From Rhodoferax sp. (GTDB lineage Bacteria; Pseudomonadota; Gammaproteobacteria; Burkholderiales; Burkholderiaceae_C): a stretch of DNA of 64,000 bases. The DNA lies in assembly GCF_030685025.1 (NCBI RefSeq), contig NZ_JAUXWC010000105.1; one strand, 5' to 3'. Positions 9,944 through 22,299 of the stretch are shown here, piece by piece. A program made the translations under genes and the position numbers. Below the pieces are notes generated by a model that had not been told where the DNA came from, did no database searches, and saw nothing but the letters and a program-made list of their open reading frames with translations. Numbering within the stretch: the stretch's first letter is position 1; each line of letters begins with the position of its first letter.

Positions 9944-12541
9944 TTACAGGTTGCTCAGGGCGCGCTGCGCCTTGGCTTTCATGTCGCCGGAAGCCTCTTC
10001 GATGACTTCTTCGATCAGCGCACGTGCGCCGTCTGCGTCGCCGATGGCGCTGAACTCTTCAGCCAGGGCGAGCTTGGTCGCCAACGGATCCTCGCTGGTG
10101 GCTGGCGCCTGCGCAATGACGGGTTGCTCGGTGTCCCCACCAAGATCGAGCGACAGCGACTCCAGGTCAAACTCCAGCATGCCTGCGTCGGAAGTCGCTG
10201 CGGCAGGCTGCAGTGTGGCTGCCGGCAAGGGCACGGGCGTGGTCATGCCAAAGCTTGTGGCTGCCTGGGCCTTGAAGTCCTCTGCATCGGCACTCGACAG
10301 GGTCAGCTCGTTGTTGGGCATCTCCAGATCGGGCAGTGAAAAGTCTGCGCTGCTCGGGAGTTTGGCGGTCGCGTCGGCGTCGGACTGCATGTACAGCGGC
10401 ACCGTTGCCACGCTGGCTGCGCGCATGCTCACCGTGGGATCCGTAGCATTGGACGAGGTTGCTGGCGAAAAGGCGCTGGCGGGTTCGTCGTCGAGCGAGA
10501 AATCAAGATCCAGGTCCAGATCCATGGTCGCGCCGGGAGCCGAGGCAACCGGCATGGTGTTGTCAGACGCGCTGTAGGCAGGCTCCAGTGGAGCCGGGCG
10601 AGAGGAGAGGTTGTCCAGCCCGCTGGGCTGACCACCTGGCTGGTAGAGCCCGTTTGTCGGATCGATGCTCAGGCCCAACTCACAAATACGGGCCCAATCG
10701 GCGCCGTCGCCGCCGGTGAGTTTGTAAGCCTGACCAGCCACACCCTCAAAGCCCTTTGTGTCGCGCCGTTTCGCGTAGATCTCAAGGAGTTTCTGGTGAA
10801 TGGCAATGCGACTGGAATTGGTCCGAAGTGCCTCCTTGAGGATTTCCTCTGCCTGCAAGTCGCGTCCGTACGCCAAATAGACATCAGCCTCGGCTACCGG
10901 ATCCACGTCGTCCGCAGCGTCAAGCTGGCTGGGCGAGTAGACCATCGACGAACCAGTGGCGGCGCTGTCGTTCGTGTCGACGCGCTGTCCGCCGCTGGTA
11001 CCAAAGAACGAATCGGGTTGCAGGCGGCTTTCCAGGAACGCGCTGTCGACCTGCGACGCCTTCTTGCGTTGGCGCATGCGATAGAAGCCAAATCCGGCCA
11101 GCAAGGCGATCAGACCGACTGCACCTGCAGGCGCCAGCGGGTTATCAAGCAAGCCATCTATCACATCGGGTTCGGGCGGTGGGGGCGCAGGGGCGACCGC
11201 ACGTTTGACTGGTACCGAAGCAGCGGGCGCGGGCATGGCCGCTGACGCCGCTGGGGCTGGCGCGGGCACCGGCGCAGCGGCCGGCGCGACCGATGCAGCA
11301 GGGGCAGGAACAGGAGCGGCTGCAGCCGGTGGAGCAACCGGCGTCGGCGCACTGGCCGTCAGAACCGGAGCAGCGACGGGCACGGTTGGAGCGACCGTTG
11401 CCTTGGCGGGGCTGGCGGGCGCCGCTGGTGCAACGGGTTTGGATGTGGCGCCGATCTTGCCCAGTTCTGCGATGTTCTTGGATAGCTCCGCAGCCCGGCT
11501 TGCGGCTTCTTTCGCACTGCGATCCATGGCGATCTGGACTTCACTCGGTTTGCCTTGGACGGCACCCTTGGAAAGGGTCAACTTGTCGGGCGCCGCCGTG
11601 CCCGGTTTCTTGTCCTCGACTTTGGCCTGCACCGTGCCAGTTGCCTTGCGATCCGCGGCGGCGACCGTGGCCGTGGGTGCGTCGCCCGCCAACTTGCGTC
11701 GGAAGTCGTTGAAATCCTTGCTCTGGGCCACAATCATCTGGCTTGCTTCGTGCGAAGGGGTGGCGCCCGCCTGCTCGGCATTGGGTACGTCCAAGACCGC
11801 GCCAGCCTTCATCCGATTGATGTTCGCGCCTATGAAAGCGTCTGGATTTGCGCGCAGCAGTGCGACCAGCATCTGGTCCAGCGAGACATTGGCTGGTTTG
11901 GTGGCTGCAGCGATTTTGCTGGCGGTGTCGCCAACCTTGACCTTGACTTGACGCTCACCATCGGGCGTGGTTTTGGTCGGGGCGGTCGGCGCGGGTCTGA
12001 CCGAAGGCTTGCGCACCTCGGTGGGACTGGCGGTTGCCGCAACGGGCGGCTGAGGCCGTGGCGTTGCCGTCGCAGCGGGCGATAGTTGCGCAGGGGTTTG
12101 AGTCGCCGGTGCGGCGGCGCGCAGGTTCGGCGGATCGAACAGCATTGTGTAGTCCCGCACAATGCGTCCTGAAGCCCAACTGGCTTCGATAATCATGTCG
12201 ACAAAAGGCTCATTGATCGTGCGGTCACTGCTGAGTCGGATGAACGCTCGCCCATCCGGACGTCGCTGCATGGACACTTGCAAGCTGGACATCGCCGCGT
12301 TGTATTCGAGGCCGGCCGCGCGAAACGCCTCTGGAGAGGCCACCGTGGCTTTCAGGGTCGACGCTTCCTCGGCATTGATCTCCGGAATTTCGATTTCAGC
12401 CCGCAGCGGCTCGCCGATCGACGATTGAACAGTGATTCGGCCCAATGACAAGGCGATGGAGTTTGTAGCCCAAAGGCCGAAAACCGCCGCGGTTGCAGCC
12501 GCCATAGCGGTCTTCTGCCAACGTTGTGACTTAGCAATCAA
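9944..12541 (-). CDS. fimV: FimV/HubP-family polar landmark protein
   Basis: 865 aa. It has a signal/TM N-terminus, the FimV N-domain (LGRITVQSSIGEPLRAEIEI) and a LysM-like segment (VKVGDTASKIAAA...). A long Pro/Ala-rich linker, a TM segment, a TPR-like region and the acidic FimV C-terminal motif follow. TTG start with GGAG upstream. Confidence 0.85.
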   Translation of the reverse strand: MIAKSQRWQKTAMAAATAAVFGLWATNSIALSLGRITVQSSIGEPLRAEIEIPEINAEEASTLKATVASPEAFRAAGLEYNAAMSSLQVSMQRRPDGRAFIRLSSDRTINEPFVDMIIEASWASGRIVRDYTMLFDPPNLRAAAPATQTPAQLSPAATATPRPQPPVAATASPTEVRKPSVRPAPTAPTKTTPDGERQVKVKVGDTASKIAAATKPANVSLDQMLVALLRANPDAFIGANINRMKAGAVLDVPNAEQAGATPSHEASQMIVAQSKDFNDFRRKLAGDAPTATVAAADRKATGTVQAKVEDKKPGTAAPDKLTLSKGAVQGKPSEVQIAMDRSAKEAASRAAELSKNIAELGKIGATSKPVAPAAPASPAKATVAPTVPVAAPVLTASAPTPVAPPAAAAPVPAPAASVAPAAAPVPAPAPAASAAMPAPAASVPVKRAVAPAPPPPEPDVIDGLLDNPLAPAGAVGLIALLAGFGFYRMRQRKKASQVDSAFLESRLQPDSFFGTSGGQRVDTNDSAATGSSMVYSPSQLDAADDVDPVAEADVYLAYGRDLQAEEILKEALRTNSSRIAIHQKLLEIYAKRRDTKGFEGVAGQAYKLTGGDGADWARICELGLSIDPTNGLYQPGGQPSGLDNLSSRPAPLEPAYSASDNTMPVASAPGATMDLDLDLDFSLDDEPASAFSPATSSNATDPTVSMRAASVATVPLYMQSDADATAKLPSSADFSLPDLEMPNNELTLSSADAEDFKAQAATSFGMTTPVPLPAATLQPAAATSDAGMLEFDLESLSLDLGGDTEQPVIAQAPATSEDPLATKLALAEEFSAIGDADGARALIEEVIEEASGDMKAKAQRALSNL

Positions 12542-12785
12542 TTTGTGACTCCGATGATCGGGCTACTGTTTATGTGGTCTGATTATGCGAGCAAACGCCC
12601 GACAGGCTGCTAGCGTTCAAAACTTAAAAAGTACCATAACATCAATGTTTTAGCCTGACAAGCTAAGAAAGCTTTTAACTTTGAAAGGCGACCGGTGAGG
12701 GGTCCGAGTGCTGGATCGATTGTTGCCAAACGACAACGACCCGGCGCGCTTGCGGCGCTTGAGTCGCCCCCAATTGAGCGGTGGA

Positions 12786-13949
12786 TCAGGCGTTCAGAAG
12801 AATCCGCATCATGCGGCGAAGCGGTTCTGCGGCGCCCCACAGCAACTGGTCGCCGATAGTGAATGCGCCGACGTAGTCCGCTCCCATGGCCAGCTTGCGA
12901 ACGCGACCGACCGGGATGCCAAGGGTGCCCGTGACGGCCACCGGCGTCAGGTTGTGAATGGTGGCTTCGCGAGTGTTGGGCACTACGCTTACCCATTCAT
13001 TGTCGGCGGCGATCATGGCTTCGATGTCCTCGACCGGCACGTTCTTTTTGAGCTTGAAGGTCAACGCCTGGCTGTGGCAGCGCATGGCGCCGACGCGCAC
13101 GCAGAACCCGTCGACCGGAATGGGGCGCGAACCAAATGACTCGCCGAGCCCTAGGATCTTGTTGGTCTCGGCCATGCCCTTCCATTCCTCACGGCTGACG
13201 CCCCAACCGGCTTCGTCGGGTTGCTTGCCCAGTCCAAGATCTTTGTCGATCCAGGGAATCAGGCTGCCGCCTAGTGGTACGCCGAAGTTGGCCGTCTCTG
13301 CCTGGCTCAGGCTGCGTTGCTTGGCAATCACCTTGCGATCAATTTCCAGGATCGCGCTCCTGGGGTCATCCAGCAGTGCCTTCACTTCCGCGTTGAGTGT
13401 CCCGTACTGGGTGAGTAGCTCGCGCATGTGCTGCGCGCCGCCGCCCGAGGCGGCCTGGTAGGTCTGGGTGCTCATCCACTCCACCAGTCCGGCCTTGTAG
13501 AGCGCGCCCACGCCCATCAGCATGCAACTCACCGTGCAGTTGCCGCCAATCCAGTTCTTGCCCCCGTGTTGCAGCGCATTCTTGATGACCGGCAGATTCA
13601 CGGGATCAAGAATGATGACCGCGTCATCCTTCATGCGTAGTGTCGAGGCCGCGTCGATCCAATGCCCGTTCCAACCCGCAGCACGCAGCTTGGGAAACAC
13701 TTCGGTGGTGTAGTCGCCGCCCTGGGCGCTGATGACGATGTCGCACTTGCGCAGCGCGTCGATGTTGAAGGCATCCTGCAGCGTCGATTCGTTCTTGGCT
13801 TGGGGTGGCGCCTGGCCGCCCGCATTGGACGTTGAGAAGAAGACGGGCTCGATCAGGTCAAAGTCCCGCTCGGCCGCCATGCGGTCCATGAGAACCGAGC
13901 CGACCATGCCGCGCCAGCCCACCAAACCTACCAGATTTCCAGTCTTCAT
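12786..13949 (-). CDS. asd: aspartate-semialdehyde dehydrogenase
   Basis: 387 aa. N-terminal [13 protein letters not shown] Rossmann motif and the active-site region GGNCTVS. Confidence 0.95.
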   Translation of the reverse strand: MKTGNLVGLVGWRGMVGSVLMDRMAAERDFDLIEPVFFSTSNAGGQAPPQAKNESTLQDAFNIDALRKCDIVISAQGGDYTTEVFPKLRAAGWNGHWIDAASTLRMKDDAVIILDPVNLPVIKNALQHGGKNWIGGNCTVSCMLMGVGALYKAGLVEWMSTQTYQAASGGGAQHMRELLTQYGTLNAEVKALLDDPRSAILEIDRKVIAKQRSLSQAETANFGVPLGGSLIPWIDKDLGLGKQPDEAGWGVSREEWKGMAETNKILGLGESFGSRPIPVDGFCVRVGAMRCHSQALTFKLKKNVPVEDIEAMIAADNEWVSVVPNTREATIHNLTPVAVTGTLGIPVGRVRKLAMGADYVGAFTIGDQLLWGAAEPLRRMMRILLNA

Positions 13950-14172
13950 CGCATTGCCCTTTCAGATATTGAAACTAAGGAATTTCATCTGCCCGGCTCG
14001 TCTGGCCGGGGTAGGGGCGCGACGAACCGGGCTGTGTCAGCCAGTAATGGTCGTCGTTTTGATGGCGGCGGGAGCCGCCGTCGCGTGCATGTCCGAAGCC
14101 AGGCAGCCCGAAGGGCGGCCCAGAGCGCTTGGGAAGGACATGTTGCACGGCATCGGGCGATTGTATTCGAAA

Positions 14173-15258
<1,086 letters not shown>

Positions 15259-15277
15259 CTATTGAAGTAGGAGCTGC

Positions 15278-15928
15278 TCACGCAATCAGCGTATGGGCCA
15301 GCCATGGTTTCTGTGCCAATCTTTCGGCTTCGAAGGCGCGAATCTTGTTGGCGTGACGCAAGGTCAGGCCAATGTCGTCCAGCCCGTTTAGCAGGCAGTA
15401 CTTGCGAAAGGGCTGAATGTCGAATCCGAGTTCGACGCCATCTGGCTTGACGACCACTTGTCGCTCCAGATCGATGGTGAGCGCATAACCTGGAAACGCC
15501 GCGGCTTCGTCGAACAACTGGGCGACCTGCGCCTCAGTCAGGGCAATCGGGAGCAGCCCGTTCTTGAAGCTGTTGTTGAAGAAGATGTCCGCGTAACTGG
15601 GCGCGACGATGGCGCGAAAGCCGAACTGGTCCAGGGCCCAGGGGGCATGTTCACGTGACGAGCCACAGCCGAAGTTCTTGCGTGCCAACAGTATGGAGGC
15701 GCCCAGGTAACGCGGCAGATTGAGCACGAAGTCAGGATTTGGCCGGCGGCTTGCCGGGTCTTGGCCGGGGTATCCCGGGTCCAGATAACGCCACTCGTCG
15801 AACAGGTTCTGACCGAAGCCAGTCTTGCGAATGGACTTCAGGAACTGCTTTGGAATGATGGCGTCCGTGTCAACATTTTCGCGGTCCATCGGGGCTACCA
15901 GCCCTTTGAGCAGGGTGAACTTTTGCAT
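15278..15928 (-). CDS. leuD: 3-isopropylmalate dehydratase small subunit
   Basis: 216 aa with the LeuD pattern ([15 protein letters not shown]). Confidence 0.95.
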   Translation of the reverse strand: MQKFTLLKGLVAPMDRENVDTDAIIPKQFLKSIRKTGFGQNLFDEWRYLDPGYPGQDPASRRPNPDFVLNLPRYLGASILLARKNFGCGSSREHAPWALDQFGFRAIVAPSYADIFFNNSFKNGLLPIALTEAQVAQLFDEAAAFPGYALTIDLERQVVVKPDGVELGFDIQPFRKYCLLNGLDDIGLTLRHANKIRAFEAERLAQKPWLAHTLIA

Positions 15929-15934
15929 GACGGT

Positions 15935-16069
15935 CTATTGCTTCTTCTTCGCGGCGTCTTCAATCTTTTCGCCAACCTTCTGAATGTCCTGCCCAGCGCC
16001 CTTGACGGTGTTGCAGCCCGACAGAAGCAGAATCAGGGATGACGCGATCACGGCAGTCAGTGTCTTCAT
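15935..16069 (-). CDS. entericidin A/B family small lipoprotein (44 aa)
   Basis: Hand-translated: AGGAG RBS then ATG at 16069. Product is MKTLTAVIASSLILLLSGCNTVKGAGQDIQKVGEKIEDAAKKKQ, with an LSGC lipobox and the CNT..G.G.D entericidin pattern. Not in the ORF track because it is under 60 aa. Confidence 0.7.
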   Translation of the reverse strand: MKTLTAVIASSLILLLSGCNTVKGAGQDIQKVGEKIEDAAKKKQ

Positions 16070-16145
16070 GGTGTACTCCTCTTTAATCACACGGGGATAG
16101 CGCTTCGGCGTGGCGCAGGGTGCCTCGCAAGAACTCTAGACTGTC

Positions 16146-17594
16146 TCAAACAAACTTCCGGACGTCAACGAAGTGGCCATGGATGGCCGCCGCCGCAGCC
16201 ATTGCGGGACTCACCAGATGCGTGCGCCCGCCCGCACCCTGGCGACCTTCGAAGTTGCGGTTGCTGGTTGACGCGCAGCGCTCTCCGGGTTCCAGCCGGT
16301 CGGCGTTCATCGCCAGGCACATCGAGCAGCCGGGTTCGCGCCACTCGAAACCGGCGGCCTTGAATATCTCGTGCAGGCCTTCTCGTTCGGCCTGTTCTTT
16401 GACCAGGCCGGAGCCGGGCACCACCATCGCGAGCTTGATGTTCTTCGCCACTTTTTGCCCTAGCCGCTTGACCACCGCCGCGGCTTCGCGCATGTCTTCA
16501 ATCCGGCTGTTGGTGCAGGAGCCGATGAACACCTTGTCAACATACAGGTCGGACAGCGCCTTGCCGGGCTCCAGACCCATGTAGACCAACGCTCGCTCAA
16601 TGGCCCCACGTTGGTTGGCGTCCTTCTCGTTGTCCGGGTCGGGGACGCGGGCGTCGATGCCCAGCACCATTTCGGGCGAGGTTCCCCAGGTCACCTGGGG
16701 CACGATCGCGCTGGCATCCATCTCAACCACGGCGTCGAACTGGGCGTCAGCGTCCGAGCGCAGGGTCTGCCAATAGCTGACCGCCTGGTCCCATTCCAGT
16801 GCCGCGGCATCGCCGCTGACCGTACTGTGGCCGGGTGCCAGGGGACGGCCCTTGACGTAGGCGATGGTTTTCTCGTCCACGGCGACCAGGCCCGCGCGCG
16901 CGCCGGCCTCGATCGCCATGTTGCAAACCGTCATCCGACCTTCCATGCTCAGGGCCCGAATGGCTGAGCCACCGAACTCAATCGTGTAGCCAGTCCCGCC
17001 AGCGGTGCCGATCTTGCCGATGATGGACAACACAATGTCCTTGCCGCCACAGCCTCGCGGCAAGTTGCCCTCAACGCGCACCAGCATGTTCTTGGCTTTC
17101 TTGGCCAGCAGGGTTTGGGTTGCCATCACGTGTTCGACTTCGCTGGTGCCAATGCCATGTGCCAGCGCGCCAAAGGCGCCGTGGGTGGAGGTGTGGGAGT
17201 CGCCACACACCACGGTCATGCCGGGCAGGGTGGCGCCGTTTTCGGGGCCAATCACGTGCACGATGCCCTGGCGCTTGGACAGGAATGGAAAGTAGGCCGC
17301 CGAACCGAACTCGCGCATGTTCTGGTCCAGCGTCAGCACTTGCTCCTTGCTGGTGAGGTCCGTGATGCCGTCGTAGCCCAGCTCCCATCCGGTGGTGGGT
17401 GTGTTGTGGTCGGCCGTCGCCACAATCGAGCTCACGCGCCACACCTTTCGACCGGCCTGACGCAGACCTTCAAATGCCTGCGGGCTGGTGACTTCATGCA
17501 CGAGATGGCGGTCAATGTACAGAATCGCCGTGCCGTCTTCTTCCGTGTGGACGACGTGTTCGTCCCAGAGCTTGTCGTAAAGGGTGCGGCCCAT
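16146..17594 (-). CDS. leuC: 3-isopropylmalate dehydratase large subunit
   Basis: 482 aa. Aconitase-family Fe-S ligand regions ([23 protein letters not shown]). Confidence 0.95.
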   Translation of the reverse strand: MGRTLYDKLWDEHVVHTEEDGTAILYIDRHLVHEVTSPQAFEGLRQAGRKVWRVSSIVATADHNTPTTGWELGYDGITDLTSKEQVLTLDQNMREFGSAAYFPFLSKRQGIVHVIGPENGATLPGMTVVCGDSHTSTHGAFGALAHGIGTSEVEHVMATQTLLAKKAKNMLVRVEGNLPRGCGGKDIVLSIIGKIGTAGGTGYTIEFGGSAIRALSMEGRMTVCNMAIEAGARAGLVAVDEKTIAYVKGRPLAPGHSTVSGDAAALEWDQAVSYWQTLRSDADAQFDAVVEMDASAIVPQVTWGTSPEMVLGIDARVPDPDNEKDANQRGAIERALVYMGLEPGKALSDLYVDKVFIGSCTNSRIEDMREAAAVVKRLGQKVAKNIKLAMVVPGSGLVKEQAEREGLHEIFKAAGFEWREPGCSMCLAMNADRLEPGERCASTSNRNFEGRQGAGGRTHLVSPAMAAAAAIHGHFVDVRKFV

Positions 17595-17657
17595 GTAAGT
17601 ATTTCCTTGGAGAGGCTTGATTTTATGCGGGGCAGGGCGTGCCCACGCTTGCCCAGC

Positions 17658-17689
17658 AAAAAGCCCGCCGGTGGTGCCAGCCGGCGGGC
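17658..17689 (-). terminator. rho-independent terminator after gltA
   Basis: On the minus strand: GCCCGCCGG / CCGGCGGGC 9-bp stem, 9-nt loop, followed by TTTTT. It begins about 18 nt after the gltA stop. Confidence 0.6.
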
Positions 17690-17706
17690 TTCGCGGTCAA
17701 TGTGGA

Positions 17707-19017
17707 TCAGCGTTGCGCAAGCGGCTTGACATCGCGCTTGACGGCGCCCGTGAATAACTGGCGCGGGCGACCGATCTTGTATTCCGGATCACTGATCATC
17801 TCGTTGAGCTGGGCAATCCAGCCCACCGTGCGGGCCAGTGCGAAGATGCCGGTGAACAGGTTCACGGGGATGCCAATGGCGCGTTGCACGATGCCGGAAT
17901 AGAAGTCCACATTGGGGTAGAGCTTGCGCTGCACGAAGTAATCATCTTCGAGGGCGATCTTCTCCAACTGTTTGGCGAGCTTGAACAGGGGATCGTTCTC
18001 AAGGCCCAACTCGGCCAGCACCTCGTTGCAGGTTTCCTGCATCAGTTTGGCGCGCGGGTCGTAGTTCTTGTAGACCCGGTGGCCAAAACCCATCAGCTTG
18101 ACGCCCGAGTTCTTGTCCTTGACCTGCTCCATGAATTGGCCGACCTTGGCAACCCCGCCCTGGCGTTGGATGTCTTCGAGCATGTTCAGGCAGGCTTCAT
18201 TGGCGCCGCCGTGGGCCGGTCCCCACAGGCAGGCCACGCCGGCTGCAATGGCTGCAAAGGGGTTGGTGCCGGACGAACCGCATAGGCGGACGGTCGAGGT
18301 GGAGGCGTTTTGCTCGTGGTCGGCGTGCAGGATGAAGATGCGGTCCAGGGCGCGTTCCAGCACCGGGTTGACCTTGAAGTCCTCGCACGGTGTGCCAAAC
18401 ATCATGCGCAGGAAGTTGCCCGAGTAACTCAGGTCATTGCGCGGGTACATGTAAGGCTGACCAATGCCGTACTTGTAAGCCATCGCCACCAGGGTGGGCA
18501 TCTTGGCGATCAGGCGAATCGCGGCGATGTCGCGGTGCTGCGGATTGTTGATGTCGGTGCTGTCATGGTAGAACGCCGACAGGGCACCCACCAGGCCGGT
18601 CAGCACCGCCATCGGATGGGCATCGCGGCGGAAACCACGCAGGAAGAACTGCATTTGTTCGTTAACCATGGTGTGGTTAATGATCAGTTTGTGGAAGTCC
18701 TTGCGCTCCTGTTCCTTGGGCAGTTCGCCCTTCAGTAACAAGTGGCACGTGTCAAGGTAGTCGCACTGTGTCGCCAACTGCTCGATCGGATAACCGCGGT
18801 ACAGCAATTCGCCCTTGTCGCCATCTATATAGGTGATGGCCGACTGGCATGACGCCGTCGACAAGAATCCCGGGTCATAAGTGAACATGCCGGTCTGGGC
18901 GTACAGCTTGCGTATGTCAATTACGTCGGGGCCGACAGTACCGTGGTACACAGGCAAATCGACACTGGGGCTGCCGTTACTGAACGACAGGGTGGCTTTA
19001 TTGTCAGCTAGCTTCAT
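17707..19017 (-). CDS. gltA: citrate synthase (type II)
   Basis: 436 aa with the [14 protein letters not shown] signature. Confidence 0.95.
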   Translation of the reverse strand: MKLADNKATLSFSNGSPSVDLPVYHGTVGPDVIDIRKLYAQTGMFTYDPGFLSTASCQSAITYIDGDKGELLYRGYPIEQLATQCDYLDTCHLLLKGELPKEQERKDFHKLIINHTMVNEQMQFFLRGFRRDAHPMAVLTGLVGALSAFYHDSTDINNPQHRDIAAIRLIAKMPTLVAMAYKYGIGQPYMYPRNDLSYSGNFLRMMFGTPCEDFKVNPVLERALDRIFILHADHEQNASTSTVRLCGSSGTNPFAAIAAGVACLWGPAHGGANEACLNMLEDIQRQGGVAKVGQFMEQVKDKNSGVKLMGFGHRVYKNYDPRAKLMQETCNEVLAELGLENDPLFKLAKQLEKIALEDDYFVQRKLYPNVDFYSGIVQRAIGIPVNLFTGIFALARTVGWIAQLNEMISDPEYKIGRPRQLFTGAVKRDVKPLAQR

Positions 19018-19306
19018 TTTTGGGCCTTTCAGCGGTTTCTTTCAACATACTCAACACTTCAACAACGTCGGCGCGGTTCAGGTCCGGGTTGATTTGCGAC
19101 AGCGTCTTTCTCGACAGGTGCAAGTCCAGCAAATCGTTGTCGCCGAGGTCCATCAGTACACCCAGCGCCTCGCCTTGCCGCAGCGTCAGACGCGTGTCGA
19201 AGCGTCTGAAGAACCGCTCGATGAACAAGTCGTTCTCGAGCAGGCCGCGACGGCAACGCCATCTGAGCTTGCTCAGTTCACGTTCATTGATCAACCGGTC
19301 AATCAC
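19004..19306 (-). CDS. sdhE: succinate dehydrogenase assembly factor 2 (SdhE/DUF339 family)
   Basis: 100 aa with the [11 protein letters not shown] motif typical of SdhE. Lies between sdhB and gltA. Confidence 0.8.
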   Translation of the reverse strand: MIDRLINERELSKLRWRCRRGLLENDLFIERFFRRFDTRLTLRQGEALGVLMDLGDNDLLDLHLSRKTLSQINPDLNRADVVEVLSMLKETAERPKNEAS

Positions 19307-19328
19307 TGGGCTAGCCTTGCGATGGTTT

Positions 19329-20033
19329 CTAGACGGCTCGCCGAACCATCATCTCTTTGATTTTGCCAATGGCCCGGGTCGGATTGAGTCCCTTGGGGCA
19401 CACGTCCACACAATTCATGATCGAGTGGCAGCGGAACAAGCGGTAGGGATCTTCCAGGTTATCCAGACGCTCGCCCGTGGCCTGATCGCGACTGTCGGCC
19501 AGGAAACGGTATGCCTGCAGTAAACCGGCCGGGCCCACGAATTTGTCCGGATTCCACCAGAAGCTGGGGCAACTCGTCGAACAGCTCGCACACAAGATGC
19601 ACTCGTACAGGCCGTCGAGCACTTCGCGTTCCTCAGGGCTCTGAAGGCGCTCCTTCTCCGGCGGGATCGTGTCGTTGATCAAATAGGGCTTGATCGAGTC
19701 GTACTGCTTGAAGAACTGGGTCATGTCCACGATCAGGTCGCGGATTACCGGCAGGCCGGGCAGTGGCTTGAGGACGATCGGGTCCTTCAGCGACAACATG
19801 TTGGTCAGGCAAGCCAGGCCGTTCTTGCCGTTAATGTTCATGGCGTCGGAGCCGCACACACCCTCGCGGCAGGAGCGCCGATAGGAGATCGCCGGGTCCA
19901 CTGCCTTGAGTTTCATCAACACGTCAAGCAGCATGCGGTCGTGTTCATCGACGTTGACGTCGATTACCTGCATGTAGGGCTTGATGTCCTTATCGGGGTC
20001 GTAACGGTAGATGTGAAAAGTTCTTTTTGCCAT
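19329..20033 (-). CDS. sdhB: succinate dehydrogenase iron-sulfur subunit
   Basis: ATG at 20033 (MAKRTFHIYRYDPD) with GGAG upstream. Cys clusters CREGVCGSD, CILCASCSTSCP and CHSIMNCVDVCP. Confidence 0.95.
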   Translation of the reverse strand: MAKRTFHIYRYDPDKDIKPYMQVIDVNVDEHDRMLLDVLMKLKAVDPAISYRRSCREGVCGSDAMNINGKNGLACLTNMLSLKDPIVLKPLPGLPVIRDLIVDMTQFFKQYDSIKPYLINDTIPPEKERLQSPEEREVLDGLYECILCASCSTSCPSFWWNPDKFVGPAGLLQAYRFLADSRDQATGERLDNLEDPYRLFRCHSIMNCVDVCPKGLNPTRAIGKIKEMMVRRAV

Positions 20034-20052
20034 GACGGGAGCTCCAGGTGTC

Positions 20053-21849
20053 TCAGAAAGTACGGACTTTGGGCGGTACGGATTCAACCGTCAATGGCTT
20101 GAGGTTGACAGGTTTGTACGTGAGGGAATTGGTGGCGCTGTGCCACAAGGTGTGTTTCAGCCAGTTGACGTCATCGCGACCCAACGGGGTCGACGCGTCA
20201 TCGGCCGGACGCTCGTAATCGCGCACCATATGAGCGCCTCGGCACTCATGTCGCGCGGCTGCGGAAACCATGGTCGCTTGTGCCACTTCAATCATGTTGT
20301 CGACTTCGAGCGCTTCGATGCGCGCGGTGTTGAAGATCTTGGACTTGTCAGCCAGCGTTGTCTTCTTGACACGTTCGCGCAACTGGGCAATCTTCTTGAC
20401 ACCTTCATCCATGCTCTCTTGAGTTCGAAACACTCCCGCGTGTTGCTGCATGGCAGCCCGCATATCGTCCGCAACATTCTGGGAATATTCGCCGCCGCTA
20501 TCGCCGTCCAAGCGTGCCAGTCTGGCCAGCGACGCGTCGGCCGCATCGGCGGGCAGGGGCTTGTGCGATTTGGTCTTGCCAGCCAACTCGACAATGTGAT
20601 TGCCCGCCGCACGACCAAACACCAGCAGATCGAGCAGTGAGTTGGTGCCCAGGCGATTCGCGCCATGAACGCTTACGCATGAGCACTCGCCAACGGCGTA
20701 AAGGCCGCCGATGGGTTCGTTGACGCCGTTCTTCGGAACAACCACCTGCCCATTGATATTGGTCGGAATTCCGCCCATCTGATAGTGGTTGGTCGGTACG
20801 ACGGGGATCGGTTCGCGGGTGATGTCGACGTTTGCGAAGTTCACGCCGATTTCGTAAACCGACGGCAGGCGTTTGTGAATCGTGTCGGCGCCGAGGTGAT
20901 CGAGCTTGAGCAGTATGTAATCCTTCTTGGGACCACAACCGCGACCTTCCTTGATCTCCTGGTCCATGCATCGCGATACGAAATCGCGGGGCGCCAGGTC
21001 CTTCAGCGTTGGGGCATAGCGCTCCATGAAACGCTCGCCGTTGCCGTTGAGCAAAATAGCCCCTTCGCCCCGGCAACCTTCAGTCAGCAGCACGCCTGCG
21101 CCGGCCACGCCGGTTGGATGAAACTGCCAGAACTCCATGTCCTGCAGCGGAATGCCCGCCCGGGCCGCCATGCCCAGACCGTCACCGGTGTTGATGTAAG
21201 CATTGGTGGAGGCGGCAAAAATGCGACCCGCGCCGCCGGTTGCCAGCAGCACGGTCTTGGCCTCAAGGACGTGGAAGTCACCGGTCTCCATTTCCAGCGC
21301 GGTCACACCGACCACATCCCCCTGCGCGTCGCGGACAAGGTCCAGCGCCATCCACTCGACGAAGAAGCTGGTCTTGTGTTTGACGTTCTGCTGGTACAGG
21401 GTGTGAAGCATCGCGTGGCCCGTGCGGTCGGCCGCCGCGCAGGCGCGTTCCACGGCCTTTTCGCCGTAGTTGGCGGTGTGGCCACCGAAGGGGCGCTGGT
21501 AAATGGTGCCGTCGGGGTTGCGGTCAAACGGCATGCCCATGTGCTCCAGGTCGTATACGACATTGGGCGCTTCGCGGCACATGAACTCGATCGCATCCTG
21601 GTCGCCCAGCCAATCCGAGCCCTTGATGGTGTCGTAGAAGTGATAGTGCCAGTTGTCATCGTTCATGTTGCCCAACGCGGCGCCGATGCCGCCTTGCGCG
21701 GCGACGGTGTGCGAACGGGTCGGAAACACTTTGGAAAGCACCGCCACATTCAGGCCAGCGCGTGACAACTGCAAGGAGGCACGCATGCCGGAGCCGCCCG
21801 CGCCCACGATGACGACGTCGAATTTTCTTTTTGTTACGGAATAGGTCAT
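20053..21849 (-). CDS. sdhA: succinate dehydrogenase flavoprotein subunit
   Basis: 598 aa. FAD motif VVIVGAGGSGMRA and the RSHTVAAQGG covalent-FAD His region. Confidence 0.95.
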   Translation of the reverse strand: MTYSVTKRKFDVVIVGAGGSGMRASLQLSRAGLNVAVLSKVFPTRSHTVAAQGGIGAALGNMNDDNWHYHFYDTIKGSDWLGDQDAIEFMCREAPNVVYDLEHMGMPFDRNPDGTIYQRPFGGHTANYGEKAVERACAAADRTGHAMLHTLYQQNVKHKTSFFVEWMALDLVRDAQGDVVGVTALEMETGDFHVLEAKTVLLATGGAGRIFAASTNAYINTGDGLGMAARAGIPLQDMEFWQFHPTGVAGAGVLLTEGCRGEGAILLNGNGERFMERYAPTLKDLAPRDFVSRCMDQEIKEGRGCGPKKDYILLKLDHLGADTIHKRLPSVYEIGVNFANVDITREPIPVVPTNHYQMGGIPTNINGQVVVPKNGVNEPIGGLYAVGECSCVSVHGANRLGTNSLLDLLVFGRAAGNHIVELAGKTKSHKPLPADAADASLARLARLDGDSGGEYSQNVADDMRAAMQQHAGVFRTQESMDEGVKKIAQLRERVKKTTLADKSKIFNTARIEALEVDNMIEVAQATMVSAAARHECRGAHMVRDYERPADDASTPLGRDDVNWLKHTLWHSATNSLTYKPVNLKPLTVESVPPKVRTF

Positions 21850-21877
21850 GAAATATCAGCCTTCACAGGTAGCGGGT

Positions 21878-22243
21878 TCACACGCGCCATAGAACTTGAA
21901 TAGCCCAGCCGGTACAGCCGACCAGCCAGACGATGAAGAACACCTGCAAGGACAGGCGAACCGACATGGGTTTGGCGTAGTCGGTCAGAATCTCGCGAAT
22001 GCCAACCCAGGCGTGGTAGAGCAGGGCGATGATCATGGCGAAGGTCAGTGCCTTCATCCACTGGCTGGAGAAGATGCCTGCCCATTTGGCATAGCCAATC
22101 GCACCCTTGGTGAATATCAATTGAGCCAGCACCAGCAACGTGAACAGCGCCATCAGCACGCCAGTGACCATTTGCGAGAGCCAGTCTCGCAGGCCATAGT
22201 GCGCACCAACCACCAGACGCTTGGAGCCATAGTTGACAGACAT
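21878..22243 (-). CDS. sdhD: succinate dehydrogenase hydrophobic membrane anchor
   Basis: 121 aa with three TM segments. It is the second gene of the sdhCDAB order. Confidence 0.85.
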   Translation of the reverse strand: MSVNYGSKRLVVGAHYGLRDWLSQMVTGVLMALFTLLVLAQLIFTKGAIGYAKWAGIFSSQWMKALTFAMIIALLYHAWVGIREILTDYAKPMSVRLSLQVFFIVWLVGCTGWAIQVLWRV

Positions 22244-22299
22244 GGTTAATTCCTAATGAGATGAAGTGAGGGCTTGTCGATCCACGAGATACGTGGAGT

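Noticed and set aside
11200-11460. Apparent nucleotide tandem repeats (GCNGCNCCN-type). They also occur at about 59880-60010 and 60300-60900.
   Set aside because: They are coding low-complexity Pro/Ala linkers of FimV, the OmpA lipoprotein and the kinase periplasmic tail. They are not independent repeat elements.
14085-14140. Possible degenerate copy of the REP-like element in the asd-leuB spacer (minus strand CTGGGCCGCCCTTCGGGCTGCC).
   Set aside because: Only about 12 nt match the family terminus. The remainder does not align, so it may simply be a hairpin downstream of leuB.
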